From a phage: 64,000 nt of DNA. Below are positions 27,303-37,932 of this stretch, in pieces; position 1 is the stretch's first letter, and every line of letters begins with the position of its first letter. The stretch lies in assembly GCA_020279385.1 (NCBI GenBank), contig GCA_020279385.1_4762.1; one strand, 5' to 3'. The translations under genes and the position numbers were made by a program. Under the pieces are notes generated by a model. The model did not search any database, was not told where the DNA came from, and worked only from the letters and a program-made list of their open reading frames with translations.

Positions 27303-27357
27303 AATATAATCCTCTCTAGATATGAAAAAGGGGCACGTAGCCCCTTTACTACCATTG

Positions 27358-28428
27358 TTATGCTAACATATCTTCGATTTCTTTGTCAACTGCTTCGTCG
27401 CTGATCACTTGCCCCAGTTTATAATGATCGTTGATTGCTTCGTTAAACTTATCGTTTGTCAGAAGTGGTTTCCAGAACTCAATGCTATTGGTTTCTTTAG
27501 CACGGAACTTGCGTTCTTCGGTTTCCATCTCTCCGGTCTCGGTATTTAGGATTGAACGAGAATACCAGCCGTTTGACGGTTTCACTACCCAGCCTAACTC
27601 TACAGCCAATTCCAGCAAGCCGGAATAAGGATCGATGCCACCGCTAAATGTTACGCTAATCGGGAACTTCGATTTTTCTTTAACTGTTCGTGATTTTTCC
27701 GCATTCAGGATAAAATCATAACCAGTAATTTCGGTTCCTTCTTTCTGCTGACGACGACCAATAATGAAAACTTCATTGGCTGAATACATCGCGCCCGTAC
27801 CGCCGGACATAACGGTCTTACTAAACATTTCTTGCGTTTCGTAAGTGTGGTTAATAGCGATGCACGGGATATCATTCATAGTCAGATATGGCGTCACCAT
27901 ACGGAACAAGCCTTTAAGTGCTTTAGCTCGCGTCATATCCTGTGCGGATTTCTCATTAATCGCGTCTTCAACTTCTTTTTTACTTGCTAAGTTACCGATT
28001 GAGTCAATAAAGATGATCACTTTATCTTCACGGGTAATTTGCTCAAGCTGGTTCATGATTTCAAATTTAAGTTCTTCGATGTTCTTGATTGGAACATGCA
28101 CCACGCGATCAGGATCTACACCCATAGATTCCAGATATGCGGAAGTAATACCGAACTCAGAATCAAAGAACAAACAAGCCGCATCGGGATTCTGTTTCAT
28201 GTATGCACTAACACAAGTTAATCCCATGTTTGATTTAAAGTGCTTAGACGGACCAGCAAAGAAAATCAGACCAGATTGAAAGCCCTTTTTAAGATCACCT
28301 GAAAACGCAATATTCAGCATCGGGATCTTAGTGCGAGTATTTGTTTTTTCGTTAAAGAAGCTGGATTTAGACAGTACCGCAGTAGTTTTCAGGGTAGAGT
28401 TCTTTTTCAGTTTTTCCAGTACAGACAT
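27358..28428 (-). CDS. uvsX: UvsX recombinase (RecA-like)
   Basis: Walker A FAGPSKHFKS; RecA-like core; T4 synteny. Confidence 0.85.
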   Translation of the reverse strand: MSVLEKLKKNSTLKTTAVLSKSSFFNEKTNTRTKIPMLNIAFSGDLKKGFQSGLIFFAGPSKHFKSNMGLTCVSAYMKQNPDAACLFFDSEFGITSAYLESMGVDPDRVVHVPIKNIEELKFEIMNQLEQITREDKVIIFIDSIGNLASKKEVEDAINEKSAQDMTRAKALKGLFRMVTPYLTMNDIPCIAINHTYETQEMFSKTVMSGGTGAMYSANEVFIIGRRQQKEGTEITGYDFILNAEKSRTVKEKSKFPISVTFSGGIDPYSGLLELAVELGWVVKPSNGWYSRSILNTETGEMETEERKFRAKETNSIEFWKPLLTNDKFNEAINDHYKLGQVISDEAVDKEIEDMLA

Positions 28429-28439
28429 TATTAATACCT

Positions 28440-28667
28440 CTATTCAGTTAATCCGTAATACTTTAATTGCTTCATTGTTATTCGATCTTTGTAGTGCTCT
28501 TGAATTAACTTTTTCATCGCACCAACATCGATCGTCACAAATACTTCGTTGCTGTGATTTCCGTGAACTTTCTTGAAATGCTCTATGCCTTCCTCACGTT
28601 CACGTTTAATCTTTTCAATGTCTCTCATAGTATATTTCTCACATTGGCGGGTATCGTCACCCAACAC
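28440..28667 (-). CDS. Hypothetical protein (75 aa; start uncertain)
   Basis: Only ORF between uvsX and gene 43. Confidence 0.45.
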   Translation of the reverse strand: MLGDDTRQCEKYTMRDIEKIKREREEGIEHFKKVHGNHSNEVFVTIDVGAMKKLIQEHYKDRITMKQLKYYGLTE

Positions 28668-28689
28668 CCGCCATTATACACACTTTATC

Positions 28690-31368
28690 TTAAATGTCAA
28701 ACAGGTCTGTAAGAGATGCCACTTTTTCATATTGCAGCTTTGTAGCCGTGGTAATGTTCTCCAGTGGTTTGACAAAAGTCTTATTAAACAACAAAGGCCA
28801 GTCTAACCACTTTAACACCTCGCTTTCAATTTCTGGAGGAATACGAGTACCGGACAACCAACCAAAACAGATTTCTCCAAACGGATTTCGATCTTTAAGC
28901 GGTACAATCATAACCTTCTCGCCCTCACGAATCGGATCTAGTCCAAATTTTCGAGCATTACGATTATAACACAATACACTCTTAACCGCATACGGACAAC
29001 CCTTAATCGGATACCCGTTTGAATCGCTGTATTTCTGTAGGTTGTTTGCAGATGATACCGCAGCAACCTCAAGATAGTCAAGTTTTCTAAACTCTTGCTC
29101 AAAAATACCGTAGTATTCCTGTAGCGATTCTTCCCCTTCCTGCAACATACGGCGAATACATTCTTTCAGTGATTTCTGACATGCTTTAGGGGTAGAGCTA
29201 CGTTGCGTTTCCAAGCCCATGATTTTTAGCTTAGGTTCAGCAAATCGCGTTCCTTCCATATCCCAAACATTAAGAGCATAACGCTTTTTACCAGTCCAGA
29301 ATCCACCGATACCCGCAGATTTCAACGGAGGACCAGCAATTGCTTCACGGTCCATAAACATCAAGTGCTCATAGTTGTTCATGTACTCGCATAACTCGCG
29401 ATATCCCTTGTCGATAATAGGTTCCATTCGATGTTTACCGAAATTATCAAGGAAGTCAACAAGTTTTTCGGTATCGTCGAAACGGTCTTCCCCGCCAACC
29501 TTATCAACAACATTGTTAACCAGCACATAAACGGAGTCAGTATCACAATAACGAACATATGCAAAATCGGTTGTTCCGCAAAGCTCGTTTAAGTATTCGT
29601 TAATCTTACGCTCAATCCACTGAATTGCAAGCTGACCGAACAGTGTGATCGCACTAGCGTTACGGAGATCATAAAAACGGAATTTAGGATTCCCCAACGC
29701 ACCATAAAGGGAGTTGATCAAAACTTTTCGAGAAAGCTGGTTTGTATTGCACAAGATCGACTCGTCTTTACATTCTTCCAGCAATTTCTCTAAGGTATCT
29801 TTGCTTAATTCAGAAAGCATCGATTTAAACGCTTCATCGAAGTCGTGACGCACTTCAACGCTATAGCTAATGGTTCCCCCATAAACATGATTTTCATCGT
29901 GTAGAATCGCTTTACATAGTTCAGCATTGCGATCACATGCCAACATCATGTTTTTGTACTGCTTACGCTGATCGAATACCTTTTTAATCTCAATCGGTAC
30001 GATACCATGAATATCTTTTCTATACATCCATCCGTTAGGCGAGCAAGAATACTCATCACTCGGACGTGGTGCAGTTTTATTGATATACTCGTGCATCGGT
30101 GCAGCATCAAAAGATCCGGCGATTGTTTCAGGCGAAATATTAACCTGTCGAATAATAGATGGATACAGACTTGTTAAGTCAAAGCTCATCATCCAACGGT
30201 AAGCATTAGGTACTGGCTCTTTTACAAATGCGCCCGGATAAGTCTGCTTAGGCTGTATCTTGTTCTCCGGTACTACTTTACCCTCAGCTTTCAGAGATCC
30301 GAAAATAATAGCATCCCATACTTTCATCGGGTTATAAACATGGTTAAATTTAATCTTTGCATAGAAACATAGACTATACACAAGATCGATAAATCCACGC
30401 TTTTTATCAATCGCCAGCACACGATCAACGTCGCCGATGTTATAATCGATGTAAAGTTGATGGTTATCATCGCGCAATTTCTTTAACGGACCATCATAAT
30501 CAACCTTACCGATTCCTGTCTCATATTCAGCAACATAATCTAACGCATATGTTGGTTGAGTCGTAAAGCTAAATTTCTTGTACAGGTCAATATAATCAAG
30601 GCTTTCGATCCCCATGATCGTAAATGCTTCACGCTCGTTACCAAAATCATCCTGTGAGATTCGGGATTTAATCTTACCGCACGGGCTTAGACGGTTAGCG
30701 GTTCTACTTCCGAACTTATTACTGATACGTTTAATGATATATGGAATATCGAATGTTTCTGTGTTCCAGCCAGTGAAACCAACGGGTCGGTTTTCCTCAA
30801 AGAATCGGATGTATTCTAACAGCAATTCATCTTCTGTGTCATAGACGTTATAAACAACGCGCTCTACAATATCAGGTCGAAGAATAGACTTGCTAGATTC
30901 CCAGATTTCACCGTTTTTTCCTTTCAAATCAAATACAAAGAAACGATCATGTACGGAATCATAATGCGTAATTGCATCGATAGGATATTTCGCTTCTTCT
31001 GGTTTAGGAAATTCTGGGGCAGTGACCTCAATATCAACCCATGCTACACGGATTTTATTTCGGTCATATCGAATCTCGCCTTTATATGTATCGGACAGAT
31101 AGGAGATGATAAAATCATCCATCCCTAGTGCCTCCTGCCCCATTTCTCCCATCTTTTTACGCCATTTGTTGGCCTCGTTCATAGATGGGAATTTTTTAGC
31201 AATGCAAGGCTTGCCGTAGATATCTTTATAATTCGTAACCATACCAGGCGCGGCATGATGAAATAAAGTTGGCGTATATTCAACGTAACGCTCTTGTTCT
31301 TGTCCAGCATCATCAATATAACGCTCGTAGATCTTATCACCCACTCGCTCACATGACAGAAAATACAT
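28690..31368 (-). CDS. 43: DNA polymerase gp43 (family B)
   Basis: Exo motifs (FDIE), pol motifs (SLYPSII, YCDTDSVYV); N-terminus aligns with T4 gp43; SD AAGGAG before ATG at 31368. Confidence 0.95.
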   Translation of the reverse strand: MYFLSCERVGDKIYERYIDDAGQEQERYVEYTPTLFHHAAPGMVTNYKDIYGKPCIAKKFPSMNEANKWRKKMGEMGQEALGMDDFIISYLSDTYKGEIRYDRNKIRVAWVDIEVTAPEFPKPEEAKYPIDAITHYDSVHDRFFVFDLKGKNGEIWESSKSILRPDIVERVVYNVYDTEDELLLEYIRFFEENRPVGFTGWNTETFDIPYIIKRISNKFGSRTANRLSPCGKIKSRISQDDFGNEREAFTIMGIESLDYIDLYKKFSFTTQPTYALDYVAEYETGIGKVDYDGPLKKLRDDNHQLYIDYNIGDVDRVLAIDKKRGFIDLVYSLCFYAKIKFNHVYNPMKVWDAIIFGSLKAEGKVVPENKIQPKQTYPGAFVKEPVPNAYRWMMSFDLTSLYPSIIRQVNISPETIAGSFDAAPMHEYINKTAPRPSDEYSCSPNGWMYRKDIHGIVPIEIKKVFDQRKQYKNMMLACDRNAELCKAILHDENHVYGGTISYSVEVRHDFDEAFKSMLSELSKDTLEKLLEECKDESILCNTNQLSRKVLINSLYGALGNPKFRFYDLRNASAITLFGQLAIQWIERKINEYLNELCGTTDFAYVRYCDTDSVYVLVNNVVDKVGGEDRFDDTEKLVDFLDNFGKHRMEPIIDKGYRELCEYMNNYEHLMFMDREAIAGPPLKSAGIGGFWTGKKRYALNVWDMEGTRFAEPKLKIMGLETQRSSTPKACQKSLKECIRRMLQEGEESLQEYYGIFEQEFRKLDYLEVAAVSSANNLQKYSDSNGYPIKGCPYAVKSVLCYNRNARKFGLDPIREGEKVMIVPLKDRNPFGEICFGWLSGTRIPPEIESEVLKWLDWPLLFNKTFVKPLENITTATKLQYEKVASLTDLFDI

Positions 31369-31450
31369 AATATAAACTCCTTCACTTACGAAAGACACTC
31401 ATTATAGGGGAATCGACTTAGTTTGTCAATACCCCTATCCCATCAGTATC

Positions 31451-31813
31451 TTAGCGTCCGATCTGATATTTCTCGATCAGCGTCCACTCTTCTTTCTGTT
31501 TGAAAGACAGTACACGGAAATTATTAACTTCGGTAGTTTCAAAATCACTATCAATCAGGGTACACAGATTCCACTGCGCCAGAAGTTTTGCAATGTTATT
31601 ACGGCGTAATTCATCTTCCCACGTCATTTTAACACTACGACCATCTAATTTCAACAACTCCTTGAAATGAACGATGTAATAGCGCCCCTTCTTCTGGAGA
31701 ATATGACAAGACTGATACAGTGTCTTGTCTCGATTGTTGGCAATGCCGCAGCGGGTTAAAGTCTCCTTAATTTTAAGGAAGTTTTCAGGACTAATTAAAT
31801 TAATTTCAATCAT
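31451..31813 (-). CDS. regA: Translational repressor RegA
   Basis: 120 aa, near-identical blocks to T4 RegA (KETLTR.GIANN.DK.LYQSCHILQKKG.YYIVHFKE). Confidence 0.95.
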   Translation of the reverse strand: MIEINLISPENFLKIKETLTRCGIANNRDKTLYQSCHILQKKGRYYIVHFKELLKLDGRSVKMTWEDELRRNNIAKLLAQWNLCTLIDSDFETTEVNNFRVLSFKQKEEWTLIEKYQIGR

Positions 31814-31814
31814 T

Positions 31815-32393
31815 TTACCACCTTTCTATAATCTTTTTAAGTCGTTTCCTTTCTGTCTGATTCTTAGTAACACCCGCCAAAAGTTCATCGGTCGCATACG
31901 GTTTAATGTGCTTCAATAACTTGTCCATATATCCCTTTTCATTAGCCAAATCGAGATAAAACCGGGCGTCATCCATATTTACACAATATGCTTTCGCCAC
32001 TGCCATTAAAACCAATTTTTGGTCCAATTCTTCTGTTAGTTTAGCCCATTTACCGTATCGTTTCCCCTTAGAAATACTCTGTAAGAGATAATCAAAATGC
32101 ATTTGATCTGGGAGGCCATGACCGATTAAATTCATCACATACGCGCTATATAGGCAATCTGCGTGCTGGGAAAGAGCGGTATTAATCCATCTCTGATTGT
32201 ATGCAGAATTATTCCCAACATTCACGCGCTGTTTATCTAAGGTGATATGATCCATCAGAGCAAATAATGCATTGTCGGTTTTCTCGGTGAATGTATCCGC
32301 TAATTCAGACACCTTTTCCCAATCACGAGAGCGCCATGCAATTTCATGCTCGTTTAATTGTGTATCATCTTCACCGAAAAATTGACCTAACAT
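31815..32393 (-). CDS. 62: Clamp loader small subunit gp62
   Basis: 192 aa; position between regA and 44. Confidence 0.8.
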   Translation of the reverse strand: MLGQFFGEDDTQLNEHEIAWRSRDWEKVSELADTFTEKTDNALFALMDHITLDKQRVNVGNNSAYNQRWINTALSQHADCLYSAYVMNLIGHGLPDQMHFDYLLQSISKGKRYGKWAKLTEELDQKLVLMAVAKAYCVNMDDARFYLDLANEKGYMDKLLKHIKPYATDELLAGVTKNQTERKRLKKIIERW

Positions 32394-33367
32394 TATACGA
32401 ACTCCAATTCAACCATTAATTGCATTAACAAAAAGACAATGTGAATCTCTTTATCAGCCGCGTGCGCAAACATCTGATTATTTTCACCGATAATCTCGGT
32501 CAGACGAATAATCGACGCTGGCTTAACTTGAGTATACAACTCATTATAAAGTTTCTTGACAAATTGAGAGTATGTATTGGTATATCGCGGTGCAAGTTTA
32601 CGCACATTAGCAAACTGTTTAGTTTTAAGTGCTTCCACCACTTCGGTTACTTCGGTATTGCTACTTTCGATAACCATGCTCAATACGCCAGCATCAATTT
32701 TACCATGTTTAGCGTAGCGGTCCAAAAGTTTCATTACGCGTCGGAAGTCGGGGAAGTTCTGCTTAACCAATTCCGCTAATACGCGCATTTCTTCTACTGG
32801 CACACCTTCTTTATCAAGAATTGCTTTACACCGGACGATCATTTCTTTCATCATGCGAAGCTGATCATCTTTAGTCGGAGATCCAAACGTGATGGGGTCA
32901 AATCGAGATCGTAACGCTGGGATAATACCTTCTAGATCGTTTGCTGTGATAATGAATGTCACGTTGTTTGAGTATGCCTCAGAGAAACTACGCAAGTGTC
33001 TTTGAGCGTCAGCCAACCCCGCTCGGTCATACTCATCGATAATAACAACTTTGCCTTTTTCTCTTTTTTCTTCATCGAGTGATACACTCTGCGCAAAGCG
33101 TGTAATCTCATCGCGGATAAAATCAATCTTACAATCTGCGCCGTTAACAAACAGATAATCAACACCCACATCTTCGCAAAGCGCCTTAGCAACGGTTGTT
33201 TTACCAGTACCTGGCGATGGGCTATGCAGGATCATAGAAGGGATTCGGCCTTGCTTAACAATCTGCGCGAAGATCTTTTTATCTGCTTCCGGCAGAATAC
33301 ATTCAGAAATTGATTTCGGACGGTATTTCTGTTCCCACTGAAACTCATTTTCATTAACACTCAGCAT
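32393..33367 (-). CDS. 44: Clamp loader ATPase gp44 (AAA+)
   Basis: Walker A SPSPGTGKTT, Walker B VVIIDEYD; colinear with T4 gp44; SD GAGGTGA before ATG at 33367. Confidence 0.9.
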   Translation of the reverse strand: MLSVNENEFQWEQKYRPKSISECILPEADKKIFAQIVKQGRIPSMILHSPSPGTGKTTVAKALCEDVGVDYLFVNGADCKIDFIRDEITRFAQSVSLDEEKREKGKVVIIDEYDRAGLADAQRHLRSFSEAYSNNVTFIITANDLEGIIPALRSRFDPITFGSPTKDDQLRMMKEMIVRCKAILDKEGVPVEEMRVLAELVKQNFPDFRRVMKLLDRYAKHGKIDAGVLSMVIESSNTEVTEVVEALKTKQFANVRKLAPRYTNTYSQFVKKLYNELYTQVKPASIIRLTEIIGENNQMFAHAADKEIHIVFLLMQLMVELEFV

Positions 33368-33432
33368 ATAATCACCTCTCACAAATTACATCATTAAAAC
33401 GGGGAGTATTTACACTCCCCACAAACATTATA

Positions 33433-34122
33433 TTAGTCGGTGTAGCTGGAGTCAAGGTCACACGCGATCATATAAGATACGGTTTCACTTGCCAGCCATA
33501 CAGCCTTACGGCGAGTGAAGCTCAGTTTGTAATCTCCGAAGTCCGTAGCAACCAGTTTCATGTTATCTTTACGAATAAAGAAATGGAAGTCGGCGGTTCC
33601 GGTATATTCGCCCATATCAAGACAAAACATCTCATTAGGATTATTTTTGTCAATCTCTTCCCAACCTTTGATCATCAGACGACCATCAATCGGTAGAAAT
33701 TCAAGGCGATCCACTTTAAGCTGATTGCTCATTTTCATAAGCTGTTTCAGATCGTCGTTGCTCAGTTCGTAATCTACATCGCTTGCCGGTGGAGTAACTC
33801 GGCCTTTCGGTGATACGATAGCAGCAGCACTAGCACCAGGATAATTAATTTTCAGACGATCATTAGACACACGAATGTTACCAGTGCGGTTATCAACCGT
33901 AATATCTGCTTCATCGCCTACCAGATTCAGAATACCCAAGAAAGAGTTAAGATCATAGATCCCAATTTCGTGTTCCAGTTCTTGATTCAGAGTCGCTTCA
34001 CCATATACAACGTTTGTCATGTTTTTGGTGATCAGGACGTTTCCTTTTTTCAGGATGATACCTGGGTTAATAGCGGAAAAGTTTTTCAGGGTAGCAATGG
34101 TTTCTTTAGTCAGTTTCATCAA
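33433..34122 (-). CDS. 45: Sliding clamp gp45
   Basis: 229 aa; N-terminus MKLTKETIATLKNFSAINPGI resembles T4 gp45. Confidence 0.9.
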   Translation of the reverse strand: MMKLTKETIATLKNFSAINPGIILKKGNVLITKNMTNVVYGEATLNQELEHEIGIYDLNSFLGILNLVGDEADITVDNRTGNIRVSNDRLKINYPGASAAAIVSPKGRVTPPASDVDYELSNDDLKQLMKMSNQLKVDRLEFLPIDGRLMIKGWEEIDKNNPNEMFCLDMGEYTGTADFHFFIRKDNMKLVATDFGDYKLSFTRRKAVWLASETVSYMIACDLDSSYTD

Positions 34123-34149
34123 ATCACCTTTATCATGTTAATCAATTAA

Positions 34150-34548
34150 TTACGGGTTTACTTCGTGCTCATTTTGAATCTTTAGCATTCTTTCGATAAA
34201 TTTTTTCTCGGCTTCCTTATCGGATGAGTGAGTATACTTCAATCCAATGTAAGCTGTCAAGTATTGTTGCAGAGCATAGACAGTAACAGGATTCTTTGCG
34301 GTCTTTTTTCCGTCGAGATATACCAGATCACCACGAACATCAAACGCAAGTTTACGACGAATCACATCATCAACAAATTTATCTAGGACAAAATACCACT
34401 CAATACACTCTATCCCGTGACGGTAGTTCATTACATCATTATCTTTGATATAGTCAAACGGAATATGACATAATTTACTATTTTGTAGGATGAATAGCAT
34501 TTGTTCTTTTAAGCTCATACGTTTCATTCTATCACTTCCCATCAGCAA
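34150..34548 (-). CDS. Hypothetical protein (132 aa) at the rpbA position
   Basis: Position after gene 45; identity not established. Confidence 0.5.
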   Translation of the reverse strand: MLMGSDRMKRMSLKEQMLFILQNSKLCHIPFDYIKDNDVMNYRHGIECIEWYFVLDKFVDDVIRRKLAFDVRGDLVYLDGKKTAKNPVTVYALQQYLTAYIGLKYTHSSDKEAEKKFIERMLKIQNEHEVNP

Positions 34549-34924
34549 TTGCGATCAGACGAGTTACTACTACGCTAGCGGCTTCAATCAGCAGTTCATC
34601 AGTGTCAATCTGATAACCCTTTTCGAGAATATCTTTACCTCGAATAGTTTTAGCGCCTTTAGCAATTGAATCATCGTAATACTTGCGCATTGCCGCGATC
34701 CATTCTTTTTGCACCATATCATCAATATGCGCGTACAGTTCAAAGCGTGCTTGCTGCGGGATAACCTTCATTTTAGCTTTCTCGCTTTCCGGCATTTGTA
34801 GTACCCACGCTTTACGGATCTTGTTCATTGCTCGGTCAAATTCGAGACTGGTTTTCTTGTTCTGAATGTCTGCTACAGTAATTTTAGCCAGGTTTGCGGA
34901 AGTAGTCATAATATTAATCTCCAA
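34532..34924 (-). CDS. Hypothetical protein (130 aa)
   Basis: ORF on early strand. Confidence 0.55.
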   Translation of the reverse strand: MEINIMTTSANLAKITVADIQNKKTSLEFDRAMNKIRKAWVLQMPESEKAKMKVIPQQARFELYAHIDDMVQKEWIAAMRKYYDDSIAKGAKTIRGKDILEKGYQIDTDELLIEAASVVVTRLIAIADGK

Positions 34925-34939
34925 AATAAAATCAGTATA

Positions 34940-35170
34940 TCACGTTCTAAAGTTTGTTGCAACCCCAGCATCAGGGTAATCGAGTTTATCAAAGTTGGGG
35001 ACCAGCATAAACTCATGATGACGACAAGACAACATTTTTGTTATGTCTGCATCGCTGTATATGCTGTTTTTCATATCCCCCATACTAACTACATATTCTT
35101 CACCGGAATATAGATTGATTAAGGTATACAATTCTAACTCCGGCTGCGTTACTCTATCAAATGTTAACAT
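34940..35170 (-). CDS. Hypothetical protein (76 aa)
   Basis: ORF on early strand. Confidence 0.5.
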   Translation of the reverse strand: MLTFDRVTQPELELYTLINLYSGEEYVVSMGDMKNSIYSDADITKMLSCRHHEFMLVPNFDKLDYPDAGVATNFRT

Positions 35171-36839
35171 TCATTTCAGTGAATCGCCCACGTTTAACCA
35201 TCTTGAGATGACGGCTAAAATCATCAGGGTTATGGTCACGATGGCTGATAATATACACGTTATCATCTAACTTGTCAATGATGGAATCAAGTGCTTTTAC
35301 GCCCTGAACGTCCGTAGCCCCATCATAAATTTCGTCGAGTACCAACAAAGAAATATTAGTACCAGATACTTTACCAGCAACATCACGCCATGTAAAGAGC
35401 ATCGCAAGGTCAATACGTGCCTTTTCGCCTTGACTGAATGATGTATACGAAAACGATTCACGCCCCCGTGATTTGATTGTTTCGTTAAACTCTTCATCTA
35501 GCGTAAAGATATAATCCGCTTCCATGATATCAAGATAATACGCAATCCGATCATTGAAATATGGAATATATTTCTTGACGATAGACGCCTTAACACCGGA
35601 ATCCTTCAACATTTCTGTTACAAATCCACGATGATATTTTTCAAGAACTAGCTTTGATTTTTCATTAGTAATCTCTACCAGTTCGTGTTCCAGTTTAGCA
35701 AGTTCTTCGGAATTGTCAACCCTTTCTTTTTGCAATTCTTGCATTGCTTTCTGGATCTGTTTAGCCCGGCCTACAGATGCCGTTAAATTCGCTCTCTGTG
35801 ACTCTATAGCGCGTTTAATTTCCAAGACCTTAGTTTGTGCTGTCTGGAAAGAATTGGCCTTCTCCGCGTATTCTACGCGTTTCTCGTCAATCAGAGACAG
35901 TTTATGTTCTGCTTGTGCTTTTTGTTCGCGTACAGCTTGATCATTACCCTGAATGATCGGTTGTGTGCACGTAGGACAGATCCCGCCTTTCTCGTGCATA
36001 TGGATAACACGGTCAAAGTTCTGGATCTGCGCACCAATCTGTGCGATAGCAGTATTAATTTTAGCCAATGCCGCGCTAGGATCTTCCGGCATAACAACAG
36101 CCAATAGCTCATCGGTCAAGCGCGTTTCTTCGGCTTTAAATGCTTTAGCCGATTCTACCTCTTTATCATACATATTCTGCAAACGCTGTAGATTCTCGGC
36201 ACTAGCCTTGCTCGCGTCCTCTATGTACTTTTTATGAGTGTTGATTTGTTGCTGAACGTGATTAGCTTTCATTTCCTGCATTTGGATATTCTGGGTAATC
36301 TCGCGCACATACGCTTTATTCAGTTTATCCATTTCGCCTAGCGTAGCAATATCAAGCAAATCCTCGACCAGTTTACGGCGACCCGCTGCCGGAAGACTCA
36401 TAAACGGAACATAACCAGCAGTGCCTAAAACAACGATCTGTTTAAAGCTGGCTAGGTTCATTCCTATGATACCTTCAAAATATTCCTGAAAGTCTTTGGT
36501 GCTTGCGCTCTCGTCGATCTTTTGACCGTCGCGATGCACTTCGAATACTTCCGGTTTTTGACCACGTTTGATATAAAACTCTTTCCCGTCCAGTTCAAAC
36601 CAGACTTCGACTAACAGTTTCTTTTTGTTGACGCTGTTAATCAATTGGCCTTTCTTGATACTACGAAACGGTTTACCGAACAACACAAAGCAAAGCGCCT
36701 CGATCATTGTTGATTTACCAGCACCGTTAACACCAGTGATTAGTGTCTTTTTGAATCCGTCTAGCTGAATCTCTACAGGTTCAGCACCCACGCTCATTAT
36801 ATTTTGATAGCGCAAGGTTTTAAAATTTAACTTTGCCAT
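35157..36839 (-). CDS. 46: Recombination endonuclease subunit gp46 (Rad50/SbcC-like)
   Basis: 560 aa; N-terminal Walker A GVNGAGKST; coiled-coil middle; C-terminal ABC signature/Walker B (LLVLDE). Confidence 0.9.
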   Translation of the reverse strand: MAKLNFKTLRYQNIMSVGAEPVEIQLDGFKKTLITGVNGAGKSTMIEALCFVLFGKPFRSIKKGQLINSVNKKKLLVEVWFELDGKEFYIKRGQKPEVFEVHRDGQKIDESASTKDFQEYFEGIIGMNLASFKQIVVLGTAGYVPFMSLPAAGRRKLVEDLLDIATLGEMDKLNKAYVREITQNIQMQEMKANHVQQQINTHKKYIEDASKASAENLQRLQNMYDKEVESAKAFKAEETRLTDELLAVVMPEDPSAALAKINTAIAQIGAQIQNFDRVIHMHEKGGICPTCTQPIIQGNDQAVREQKAQAEHKLSLIDEKRVEYAEKANSFQTAQTKVLEIKRAIESQRANLTASVGRAKQIQKAMQELQKERVDNSEELAKLEHELVEITNEKSKLVLEKYHRGFVTEMLKDSGVKASIVKKYIPYFNDRIAYYLDIMEADYIFTLDEEFNETIKSRGRESFSYTSFSQGEKARIDLAMLFTWRDVAGKVSGTNISLLVLDEIYDGATDVQGVKALDSIIDKLDDNVYIISHRDHNPDDFSRHLKMVKRGRFTEMNVNI

Positions 36840-37083
36840 TAATCCACTCCGCGATCACACATTCCATAATATTAAATGCTAACACATCTTCATCAATGTT
36901 GTAAACACTTGCCGCCTTCACTTTAACTAGTGTGTCTCTGCGATCTGGCAACATGATCACATAATCCAGTGTCGCCGGATCATATGTCATAAAGGGATCA
37001 ATGTAAATCCCTTTATTCAATGCCAGATATTCGCGAAGACCTTCTATAACCCTGTGTCTAAGGTAGGTCATCGATAGAATCAT
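36820..37083 (-). CDS. Hypothetical protein (87 aa)
   Basis: ORF between 46 and 47. Confidence 0.5.
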   Translation of the reverse strand: MILSMTYLRHRVIEGLREYLALNKGIYIDPFMTYDPATLDYVIMLPDRRDTLVKVKAASVYNIDEDVLAFNIMECVIAEWINGKVKF

Positions 37084-37664
37084 TTTAGTTTATGTTCCTC
37101 TAAAAATTCTTCAATTTCACCTTGCAGGTCTTCCGCTTGTTGTTCCAGAATATCACGAAATTCACCTACAGTCAAGCGGTGATCACATTTCACCAGTCGA
37201 TGCGGGAGAATATATCCCTTGTACATTGTCTCTGACGCTTCCAGGAATACACCGCTATGCATGACAGAGATCCAACCTGTTAGCGTCAACGGAGTATTCG
37301 GAAAATAATATTTGCTGGATTGTTTCCACTGGACGAAAGCACCATATACAATCGGATTATATTCACCAACCACACTCCTAATAATGGATTCTACTTTGTC
37401 TTTTACAAAGTCGCCAATGTCCATAGTTATCATCAACTCTTTTGGATGAATGATTTTAAGGTAACGACGGTAGCCGTCATCATACCACATCTTAACAACT
37501 GACCGTTCAATATTCGCTTTCAGATAGCCATAGATCGGATTCTTGTAATATGATTGTTTTAGTGTGTATGTGTGCACCAATTTAATAAAATGTTCCATTA
37601 CCAGCAAATCAGAATCAGCCGCGACCATAGTCGTATTCATAATATGTTCCTCGTTCAATCTCAT
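37080..37664 (-). CDS. Hypothetical protein (194 aa)
   Basis: ORF between 46 and 47. Confidence 0.55.
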   Translation of the reverse strand: MRLNEEHIMNTTMVAADSDLLVMEHFIKLVHTYTLKQSYYKNPIYGYLKANIERSVVKMWYDDGYRRYLKIIHPKELMITMDIGDFVKDKVESIIRSVVGEYNPIVYGAFVQWKQSSKYYFPNTPLTLTGWISVMHSGVFLEASETMYKGYILPHRLVKCDHRLTVGEFRDILEQQAEDLQGEIEEFLEEHKLK

Positions 37665-37932
37665 ATTGTTTCAGGTCTTCTAAAAGTTCATCCACTGCTT
37701 GTTTCAGCACATGACGCAGCGTAAAGTAATAACTTTCATCAAATTCTATTTCCGCGCGAGGAATAGAGCGAAACTTACACTTAACAGTAGTATCGGTGAG
37801 TCGCTTTTCGACCATCATCCGAACTTCTTCATGCTCTTTGGAATACCATACATCAACGGAGATCCCCTTGCGTCGAGCAAACATAGGCAACGCTGCATTA
37901 AATTCCATTACTTTTTGTGCAAGTGTTTTCAT
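37615..37932 (-). CDS. Hypothetical protein (105 aa)
   Basis: ORF between 46 and 47. Confidence 0.5.
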   Translation of the reverse strand: MKTLAQKVMEFNAALPMFARRKGISVDVWYSKEHEEVRMMVEKRLTDTTVKCKFRSIPRAEIEFDESYYFTLRHVLKQAVDELLEDLKQYEIERGTYYEYDYGRG

